This document shows, piece by piece, positions 1 through 7,309 of a stretch of 64,000 bases of DNA. How positions within the stretch are numbered: position 1 is the stretch's first letter; every line of letters begins with the position of its first letter. The translations under genes were made by a program, and so were the position numbers. A model generated the notes under the pieces. That model was not told where the DNA came from and ran no database searches. It worked only from the letters and a program-made list of their open reading frames with translations. This DNA is from an uncultured Aeriscardovia sp. (lineage in GTDB: Bacteria > Actinomycetota > Actinomycetes > Actinomycetales > Bifidobacteriaceae): assembly GCA_903789525.1 (NCBI GenBank), contig CAIFER010000002.1:62000-125999 (forward strand), given 5' to 3'.

Positions 1-1
1 A

Positions 2-856
2 GTGGATGCATCGAATCCGCAGGGTGTACGCATCCACGCGGTTCTCGAGCCGATTGTTCCGTCCGGTGCAAGTATTTCAATCCGATTGCCTGCTCGCCAG
101 CATATGAGTTTGGAAGATCTCTTCCAACGTGGGTTCATGCCTGAGCAGTGGATTTCAATCTTGCGTTGCCTGATCAGTCGCGGCGCAACGTTTCTCATCA
201 GCGGTGGAACTGGAACCGGCAAAACGACGTTGGTGCGAGCATTAATTTCAGCGTGCCCTCCCCGCGATCGCATTGTGATTGTTGAGGAAGTGCGCGAACT
301 CGGCGGGATCGGGCGACCAGATTGCGTCAGTCTCGCCGCTCGCAGTCCGAATGCAGAGGGGAAGGGAGGAGTAGGGCTTGATGAACTCGTTCGGGCGACG
401 GTTCGAATGCGTCCAGATCGCATCGTGCTGGGCGAGTGCCGTGGCAAAGAGATTGCGGACCTCATGCGTGCCTTCAATACAGGACATCGTGGAGGATTCG
501 TCACTGTACATGCCGATAGCCTCGAGCGCGTGCCATCCCGCCTGATCACGCTCGGTCTGCTCGCTGATCTTGATCCACAGCTGACTGCTCATCTGTCTGC
601 ACAGGCATTTGATGTGGTGGTCCATTTGAGTCGCGATTTCGAGACCGGGCACCGTCGAATTGCTCAAATTGGCTTTTTAACACTGACTCCTCAAGAAAAA
701 TTGACGGGAACTGTTGCTCTTTCGTGGGACGGGAGATCAGCGCCGCACTGTGAGCCTGCGATGACGGAGTTTGCTCGTCGCTGGGATCTCCCACATGAAT
801 GCGATGTGGCGGATGACAGCTCGAACGGAGGTGATTGCCATGGCAGAGGTTGCTGA
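2..856 (+). CDS. CpaF/TadA-type pilus secretion ATPase, C-terminal part (5' end outside window)
   Basis: ORF track 2..856. Walker A GGTGTGKTTL, VIVEEVRE, RPDRIVLGECRG and GHRGGFVTVHA boxes are typical of T2SS-E/CpaF ATPases. Confidence 0.85.
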   Translation: MDASNPQGVRIHAVLEPIVPSGASISIRLPARQHMSLEDLFQRGFMPEQWISILRCLISRGATFLISGGTGTGKTTLVRALISACPPRDRIVIVEEVRELGGIGRPDCVSLAARSPNAEGKGGVGLDELVRATVRMRPDRIVLGECRGKEIADLMRAFNTGHRGGFVTVHADSLERVPSRLITLGLLADLDPQLTAHLSAQAFDVVVHLSRDFETGHRRIAQIGFLTLTPQEKLTGTVALSWDGRSAPHCEPAMTEFARRWDLPHECDVADDSSNGGDCHGRGC

Positions 857-2027
857 CAAGCGATGGTCTGCGATTATTCAGCGCAGTCACCCTCAATTTC
901 TCATTGCTAGCGGTTCTTCTTCAGATCAGGCGGTCGAAGAAGGAATTGTGGACGTGATTGAGACTCTCGAAGACGGCGTACAAGCTGGAGCAAGTCTCCG
1001 CGATGCTGTGATAGCAGCATTAGGCTCACGGCCAGCGGGATCAGTGACGGTGACATGGCTCATCGGTGCCCTTGCCTGTCGGTGTACGAAAGCGTCAGAC
1101 GTAGATTGTGTTCGAGCGGCACATCGTTTGAAGACGGTCATGGATGTGTGCATGCAAGTGGGTTGTCGGGCATCTGATTGTTTAGCTGTCCTTGAAGGAA
1201 TTGAAAAGCGACAAGAGCGGTATGCGACTTTGCAAGATCGCGCGTGTGCCGTCCCGGAAGCAACAGTTCGTCTCTTTCTTATTCTCATGCCAGTCATGCT
1301 TATAGGAGAGATTGCGTCGGGGGCTCAGCCTTTCAAGTTTTTCTGCACCATCCCTGGTGTGATATGCGCACTGTGCAGTGGTTTATGCATTGTGATCGGG
1401 TCGATGTGGGTGAAGTTTCTTCTTCGTTCGGTGCAGTCTGACGTATCGAGCGGCCAGAGTGGGGGAATTACCTCTCTTCTTCATGAGCTCACCACCATGA
1501 ATTCGGGTGAAGAGGGAGAAGCAAACTCATTTGCATATCAACGGTTGGCAAGCGTATCTGCTCTCCATGATGAAGACAATTCGCGCCTGGATCCTTCCTC
1601 GCCACTTGATTTTCTTCTCATTGTCAGCTTGATCCGTGTCTGCCTTCAGGCGGGAGAACCACTACCAGGTGCTTTAAAAGCGATTGGACAGTGTGGATCG
1701 ATTCCAGCTTTGAGACGGATTGCCCACATGTTGGAGGAGGGCGAAGAGTGGTCTGGCGCATGGAAAGCCGCGCTCGCGTATTCGCCGTGTACCCGCCTTC
1801 AGATTCTTGAGTCTGCGCTTCACGATTCATGGTGTATGGGTGTGTCAGCTGACATGAAGTTGCAACGAGTGATCGGGCGTCAAGAAGAGAGTTTGCGTAC
1901 CCGATTGGAATCGATCTCGTCGCGCTTATCAATCCGATTACTCGTACCGGTCGGCTTGTGTTTTCTGCCGGCGTTCATTCTGATAGCTGTCGTTCCATCC
2001 ATCGTCTCATACGCAGGAATGGGGTGA
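840..2027 (+). CDS. TadB/TadC-like pilus platform membrane protein, apparently fused (two T2SS-F-like halves)
   Basis: ORF 771..2027. ATG 840 is preceded by GGAGG (827-831) and overlaps the ATPase stop by 17 nt. The protein has two repeats of a soluble helical segment followed by hydrophobic helices. Confidence 0.7.
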   Translation: MAEVADKRWSAIIQRSHPQFLIASGSSSDQAVEEGIVDVIETLEDGVQAGASLRDAVIAALGSRPAGSVTVTWLIGALACRCTKASDVDCVRAAHRLKTVMDVCMQVGCRASDCLAVLEGIEKRQERYATLQDRACAVPEATVRLFLILMPVMLIGEIASGAQPFKFFCTIPGVICALCSGLCIVIGSMWVKFLLRSVQSDVSSGQSGGITSLLHELTTMNSGEEGEANSFAYQRLASVSALHDEDNSRLDPSSPLDFLLIVSLIRVCLQAGEPLPGALKAIGQCGSIPALRRIAHMLEEGEEWSGAWKAALAYSPCTRLQILESALHDSWCMGVSADMKLQRVIGRQEESLRTRLESISSRLSIRLLVPVGLCFLPAFILIAVVPSIVSYAGMG

Positions 2028-2157
2028 GTGATGCTGTTCCTTTTATGTGACAACGGTATTCGCGCGCCGCCACCGGGAAAACAGCGCTGTTGCAATGGCG
2101 TTGTTGTGGTTCAGTGTGTGGTCGTATTGGCGGGAATTCCAAAGGAAAGGATGAGAA

Positions 2158-2448
2158 ATGAAGGTTCAAAAGAGCGCGTTGTGTGCGCATTGGTCACAAT
2201 TAATTCAGCGGATACATCAGCAGATAGAGCGTCTGCGTAACCAGGCTGATTATGTGTTGCTACGTGTGAAAGTTGGTGTTCAATCAGCGTTCGCTGAGCA
2301 GAAAGCATCGGGAAGTGTGACTGCTGAGTATGCCGTTATTTTGATTGCAGCAACTGGCTTTGCAGGTGTTCTCGCTCTCATTTTGAAATCTCCTGAGGTG
2401 AAATCTCAACTTACCGCATTAATCACGCGCGGTTTGAAAGCAGCATAG
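2158..2448 (+). CDS. Flp-type prepilin-like small protein (DUF4244-like)
   Basis: AGGAAAGGA lies 5' of ATG 2158. A G/SVTAEY motif is followed by the hydrophobic helix AVILIAATGFAGVLALIL. The start is uncertain because of in-frame GTG 2254, TTG 2257 and GTG 2266. Confidence 0.65.
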   Translation: MKVQKSALCAHWSQLIQRIHQQIERLRNQADYVLLRVKVGVQSAFAEQKASGSVTAEYAVILIAATGFAGVLALILKSPEVKSQLTALITRGLKAA

Positions 2449-2497
2449 TTTCGCACCATTTCACTACCTGTAAGCACATGTATGAAGGGAGGAGATT

Positions 2498-2890
2498 GTG
2501 AATTGGCAACAATGGAATTGCAATCGATCTCATCGTTATGAAAGAGGAACTGTGACAGCAGAATTTGCAGTCATCCTCCCTCTTGTCGCACTTTTAGCAG
2601 GGCTTCTCCTGTGTACGGGGTCAGCGGTCATCACGCGTATGGACTGCCAAGATGCCGTTTCAATGGGTGCTCGCTTGATAGGGCAATCGGTTGATTCGTC
2701 AGAACAGCGCAGTGAAGTAGAGAAGACAGTTGTAGAACATGCACCCCATGGGTCGCACCTTGCATTCTCGTCAGTTTCACCCGGAGTGCAGTTGACGCTG
2801 ACGTGTCCAATTCGAGCAGGTGCTCTTCATGTGTTCCCACTCACCGTTCAGCAGACTGCGGTTGGTATTCCTTACGGAAGGGAAGAGTGA
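2498..2890 (+). CDS. TadE-like pseudopilin
   Basis: GTG start follows GGGAGGAG. The N-terminal G/TVTAEFAVILPLVALLAGLLL matches the TadE-type motif. Confidence 0.7.
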   Translation: MNWQQWNCNRSHRYERGTVTAEFAVILPLVALLAGLLLCTGSAVITRMDCQDAVSMGARLIGQSVDSSEQRSEVEKTVVEHAPHGSHLAFSSVSPGVQLTLTCPIRAGALHVFPLTVQQTAVGIPYGREE

Positions 2891-2892
2891 AA

Positions 2893-3351
2893 ATGACTCA
2901 TTCTCACCATGCACCTCATTCGTGGGTACCGTTGCGCTCGCTAGTTGCTCGTGTTTTTCCTTCGCATGCTTCCGGTTCGGGTACGGTACTGGGAATCATG
3001 CTCATCATGATCATCAGTGTGATGCTGGCAGCTTCTCTCGTTGCTGGGAAACTGTTTATTTGTCGTGAACGAGCTCAGGTGGCTGCAGATACAGCTGCGT
3101 TGGCTGCTTCATCGGCGGATAACGGTCTTGTGGCAGGAGGGTCTGCATGTGCAGTAGCAAAAAGGTGTGCTGAACTCAATCATGCCGAAATGACTGCGTG
3201 TACGAAAGACATTGCCACGAGTGATATGAAAGTGACGGTTTCTTATGCCACGCATGTAATATTTTTCCCACAAGTGACTGTTCTCTCACGTGCTGGTCCT
3301 ACTCCTTGCCGAGAAAGTGCAAATGCGTCAGGAGAATTTGACCCTTCGTAA
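2893..3351 (+). CDS. Rv3654c-type TadE-like protein
   Basis: ATG 2893 lies 2 nt after the preceding stop. Hydrophobic helix GTVLGIMLIMIISVMLAASLVA is followed by AQVAADTAALAAS and spaced Cys residues. Confidence 0.6.
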   Translation: MTHSHHAPHSWVPLRSLVARVFPSHASGSGTVLGIMLIMIISVMLAASLVAGKLFICRERAQVAADTAALAASSADNGLVAGGSACAVAKRCAELNHAEMTACTKDIATSDMKVTVSYATHVIFFPQVTVLSRAGPTPCRESANASGEFDPS

Positions 3352-3435
3352 AAGAGGCGGACCATTGTTGGTCAACGGGTACGATAGGTGGCACAGAGTC
3401 CTTAATAGTCATATCTGTGATACGGGAGGAAGATC

Positions 3436-6009
3436 ATGGCTTTAGCCTTGTATCGACGGTATCGGCCAGACACTCTTCAAGGAGTGATTGGTCAAGATCA
3501 GGTCACAGTTCCTCTCGCGCGTGCGCTCGATAACAATAAGCTGACGAACGCATACCTCTTCTCTGGCCCACGTGGGTGTGGGAAGACCAGTACTGCTCGC
3601 ATCCTGGCCCGGTGCGCCAATTGCGTCAAAGGTCCGACATCGCACCCGTGTGGAAAGTGTCAGAGTTGCCGAGATCTCGCTGCTAATGGACCGGGCTCTA
3701 TTGATGTTGTTGAGATCGATGCGGCAAGTCACAACAGTGTGGAAGATGCACGTCAAATTCGTGAGCGTGCTACTTTTGCGCCGGTGCGTGATCGCTACAA
3801 GATCTTCATTCTCGATGAAGCTCATATGGTCACACAGCAAGGGTTCAATGCGCTTCTTAAAATTGTCGAAGAGCCACCTGAACATGTGATGTTCATTTTT
3901 GCCACCACAGAACCTGACAAAGTCATCAGCACGATTCGTTCGAGGACGCATCACTATCCATTCCGGCTTGTTCCTCCGGAGATCATGGGCCCGTATCTGA
4001 CCAAGATCTGCACAAAAGAGAAGATCACGCCTCAAGCAGGTGTCCTGAATCTCGTCATGAGAGCTGGCGGTGGATCTGTTCGCGATACTCTTTCTGTACT
4101 CGATCAGTTGATGGTGGGGTCTGAGAATGGCGTTATCAAACTTTCTGATGCCAGTGAACTTCTTGGATTCACGCCGACAGAACTTATTGCGGGTGCAGTA
4201 GACGGTTTGATCGCTCACGATGGTGCGAAACTGTATTCGGTTGTCGAGAAAGTTGTTGTCGATGGATACGAACCGCGGCGTTTTGTTGAGGATCTCCTTG
4301 CGCACTTCCGCGATTTGCTCGTTCTCAAACTTGCTGGACAGAATGCTATTTCTGCACTTGGTGAGGAGGCTCAAGAAGAGCAGAGCTCGGTTCTCCGTAA
4401 ACAGTCTCAGGCGTTGGGGCTGGAAAAGCTGACAAAGCTAGCAGATCTGACGAACGATACGCTTGCGCATATGGCAGGTGCAACATCACCTCGTATGAAG
4501 CTGGAATTGCTGGCTGCCAGGCTGTTAGAAGTGATGGACGAAAATCAGCAGCAGGCATCTCAGAAGCCGGCTCATATCGGACTGCGAACAAGTACTCCTG
4601 CTCCTCATCCTGCGCATCCGCGAGTAGCCAGTACGGTTCCATCTCAACCGGCAGCTACACGTTCAGTTTCACAACCAGCACCTGCGTTGCCATCACAGTC
4701 GCATACTGTGTCTGATGCCCAGCCGCAGTCACAATCGCAACCAGTTGCTCACACACCGCAGCCATCTGCACCGACTCAGAAGACTCCGGCTCAACCTGCA
4801 CCGACGCAGCAAACGTCGGCTTCACAGCAACTCTCTGAAATGGAGTTGTGGAAGAAAGTTGTTGCAGGGCTTCCAGAGCTGATGCAGCGGTATGTGAACG
4901 CACAGCGTGTTCCTCAGGTCGACTTCAGGCGCAATGCCGTTGGTGGCCGCCACCTCATTTTGACGTTTGATGAGCCACTTTCGCAGCATGCTTTTGCCCT
5001 AGCTGTCTCAGCAGATCATCAACCAGTTCCAGCTCTTGTTCAAAAGGCGGTTCGTCGTGTCTTCGGTCCGCGAGCATCGATCGCCCCAAGTCCCGTTGCT
5101 GCCAATGGCCAAGCTGTTCATCAGATGCGCAGTTTGAGTCCGCAACAGCAGATGAAAATTAAAGTTCAGATTGCTCAGCGGACGGCACAAATAAAAGTGG
5201 GTACCGCCAGCGAGCAACCTACCGGATCTCAGTCTTCTGCTCATGCGAACGGTCAGGTTCACGCTCACGGCGAGCAGGCCACTGGTCAAGATAAAGAACA
5301 AACTGCTTCTCCAGGAACAGGTGATCGCAAGGCGACACATCACGATGAAGGTAGTCATCATCATGATGTTGCTCATGTAACTGATGATGGTTTTGCGCCA
5401 GCTTCACGCGTTGATACAAATCAGTTTGAAAAAGACGTCACGCCCGCAGCATTAGCTCCTGCAGCTCCATCGCATCATGCGAAAGTAGTTCCAGTCCCCT
5501 CGAAGAAAGATATGAATGACCCGTGGGCTGGGCAAGATGATCTGAAGGTCATACCTGGCACAGGAAAGCCGGTTTCTGAGACGAAATCTGCCGTCGAAGC
5601 AAAGACTCCGTTGGTCACGCCAGTATCGCACTCGTCTCATGCTTCCTCGGTATCAGACGCGTCTACGCAGTCTCCGATTTCTTCTGTCCCGGCTGCGAAA
5701 TCGCGAGTACGTGCTGAAAATGATGTTTATAGTAAAAAAGATTCCGTTGAAGATACGAACGGAATGTTGAGTTTGGATCAGGTCAAGGCGATCTTTGACG
5801 TCAAAGCAGTCACGACGATCCCGGCTCCGAATGGGGCTAATGCCTCTGAGCAGCAAAAGCAGGAGGCGAAGATCATCATGCCGAAGAAGAACAAAGCGAA
5901 GAATATTCAGCGTCCTTCTGCAAGTAAGCCTGCGTCTCCGTCCACAGCAACTCAGTTAGCAAAAAATGGACAGAACGGTCAAAACACCCAGAACACGGAT
6001 AAGAAGTAG
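3436..6009 (+). CDS. dnaX: DNA polymerase III subunit gamma/tau
   Basis: Walker A GPRGCGKTS, Cys-rich zinc module (CGKCQSC), ILDEAHM and TIRSRT motifs. A long Pro/Gln/Ser-rich linker precedes the C-terminal region. RBS GGGAGGA. Confidence 0.95.
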   Translation: MALALYRRYRPDTLQGVIGQDQVTVPLARALDNNKLTNAYLFSGPRGCGKTSTARILARCANCVKGPTSHPCGKCQSCRDLAANGPGSIDVVEIDAASHNSVEDARQIRERATFAPVRDRYKIFILDEAHMVTQQGFNALLKIVEEPPEHVMFIFATTEPDKVISTIRSRTHHYPFRLVPPEIMGPYLTKICTKEKITPQAGVLNLVMRAGGGSVRDTLSVLDQLMVGSENGVIKLSDASELLGFTPTELIAGAVDGLIAHDGAKLYSVVEKVVVDGYEPRRFVEDLLAHFRDLLVLKLAGQNAISALGEEAQEEQSSVLRKQSQALGLEKLTKLADLTNDTLAHMAGATSPRMKLELLAARLLEVMDENQQQASQKPAHIGLRTSTPAPHPAHPRVASTVPSQPAATRSVSQPAPALPSQSHTVSDAQPQSQSQPVAHTPQPSAPTQKTPAQPAPTQQTSASQQLSEMELWKKVVAGLPELMQRYVNAQRVPQVDFRRNAVGGRHLILTFDEPLSQHAFALAVSADHQPVPALVQKAVRRVFGPRASIAPSPVAANGQAVHQMRSLSPQQQMKIKVQIAQRTAQIKVGTASEQPTGSQSSAHANGQVHAHGEQATGQDKEQTASPGTGDRKATHHDEGSHHHDVAHVTDDGFAPASRVDTNQFEKDVTPAALAPAAPSHHAKVVPVPSKKDMNDPWAGQDDLKVIPGTGKPVSETKSAVEAKTPLVTPVSHSSHASSVSDASTQSPISSVPAAKSRVRAENDVYSKKDSVEDTNGMLSLDQVKAIFDVKAVTTIPAPNGANASEQQKQEAKIIMPKKNKAKNIQRPSASKPASPSTATQLAKNGQNGQNTQNTDKK

Positions 6010-6023
6010 AGGAAGGTGAAGAA

Positions 6024-6632
6024 ATGGCTCTGATTTATGACGGCGCAATTCAGGATGTCATTGACTCATTCGCAAAGCTGCCTGGCATTGGTCCGAAGGG
6101 AGCTCAGCGGATCGCCTTTTATCTGCTGTCGACGCGGAAAGAGGATGTTCGTCATCTGGCAGACTCCATCATCCATCTGCAGGAGAAAGTTAAGTTCTGC
6201 GAAATTTGTGGAAATGTGACTGAGAAGAGTCCATGCGAAATCTGCTCTGATCCTAGACGTGACCGCAGTACCATTTGCGTCGTCGAACATCCGAGCGACA
6301 TCATGTCAATGGATCGAACGGGGGAATATCGAGGTTTGTATCACGTGCTCGGTGGTGCAATTAATCCGATGAAGAACATCACTCCGGCGGATTTGCGTAT
6401 TAAGAGCCTTTTGAAGCGGCTGGAAGATGGGAGTGTGAAGGAAGTGATTTTGGCGCTGAACCCAGATGTAGAGGGCGAAGCGACAACAACGTATTTGGCA
6501 CGGCTCCTCACTCCGGTCGGCGTGAAAGTAACCCGTTTGGCTTCCGGTTTGCCTGTCGGGGCAGATCTTGAATACGCTGATCAGATTACGTTGGGACGTG
6601 CTCTGGCAGGTCGCAGTACGATCACGGGATGA
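6024..6632 (+). CDS. recR: Recombination protein RecR
   Basis: N-terminal helix-hairpin-helix (LPGIGPKGAQRIAF), C4 zinc finger CEICGN...CEIC, and a Toprim-like C-terminus. Confidence 0.95.
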   Translation: MALIYDGAIQDVIDSFAKLPGIGPKGAQRIAFYLLSTRKEDVRHLADSIIHLQEKVKFCEICGNVTEKSPCEICSDPRRDRSTICVVEHPSDIMSMDRTGEYRGLYHVLGGAINPMKNITPADLRIKSLLKRLEDGSVKEVILALNPDVEGEATTTYLARLLTPVGVKVTRLASGLPVGADLEYADQITLGRALAGRSTITG

Positions 6633-6645
6633 AAGGGGAATCAGT

Positions 6646-7263
6646 ATGTCACGAACTGGTGATGTCGCTCGGGCTCAGCTCAAGCGAATTGTGGCGTTAG
6701 GATACCCGAATGTTGCCAATATGGCGGCGCAGGACTTCATTGCTTTAGCTCAGCCATTAATTACTGCCCTTGATCAGGTTGAAATTGCCGATGATATTCT
6801 CCTTGTACCAACGCGTGAGCTTATTTCACCGGAGTCTTTAATCGAACGAACGGCAATCGGACGTAATGCAGGATTCTCAACAATGCCGCCTCGCGATATT
6901 GCGAGTTTTATGCCGCAAGATTTTATGCCGCCGGAGGGTCCGTTTTATATCGTGATCAACCCGCATACGGGAACGAGATATACGAACCGCGAACCAGATG
7001 TAGCGCGTAAGCTCATCGATTCTGATGGATTCCAGCCGCTCACACTGGAGGAGGGGTTGGCGATGGCGACGCAGCACCCAGATTGGCTCGTTCGGAAGAA
7101 CGGCTTTAATTTGCTCGGATCGCGTAGTTCTGATGGGAGAGTCCCTAGCATCTGGATGAGCCAAGGTTCTCCGCGTCTTGGGTCAATGTGGCCAACGAGC
7201 AAACATACGTGGATCGGTAACGCATACTGCTCACGACGACGTGGAGTTTCCCTTCTCGCTTAA
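6646..7263 (+). CDS. Conserved hypothetical protein (DUF5701-like)
   Basis: ATG 6646 follows AAAGGGG. Codon usage is like the neighbouring genes. The family assignment is from memory of an actinobacterial family, not a search. Confidence 0.55.
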   Translation: MSRTGDVARAQLKRIVALGYPNVANMAAQDFIALAQPLITALDQVEIADDILLVPTRELISPESLIERTAIGRNAGFSTMPPRDIASFMPQDFMPPEGPFYIVINPHTGTRYTNREPDVARKLIDSDGFQPLTLEEGLAMATQHPDWLVRKNGFNLLGSRSSDGRVPSIWMSQGSPRLGSMWPTSKHTWIGNAYCSRRRGVSLLA

Positions 7264-7309
7264 ATTTCACCCGTGTGAAACCGTATGCGGCAAGCAGGAG
7301 GTATCCAGT

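Noticed and set aside
2028-2240. 70-aa ORF in the gap between the platform and pilin genes
   Set aside because: It has no RBS and a Cys/Val-rich translation. It also overlaps the better-supported Flp-like gene start.
3352-3435. SRP RNA (ffs) gene, which lies upstream of dnaX in several bacteria
   Set aside because: The gap is only 84 nt and lacks the conserved domain IV motifs. It is too short for an SRP RNA plus a dnaX promoter.
3442-4374. 310-aa ORF antisense to dnaX
   Set aside because: It lies entirely inside a well-supported gene on the other strand. Its translation is Arg/Leu/Ser-rich with no motifs, which is a typical antisense open frame in GC-biased coding DNA.
5734-5740. AAAAAAG run in dnaX as a possible programmed -1 frameshift site (gamma subunit)
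   Set aside because: The heptamer is out of phase with the reading frame (codons AGT AAA AAA GAT). It lies at codon 767 of 857, far beyond where a gamma-type truncation would be made.
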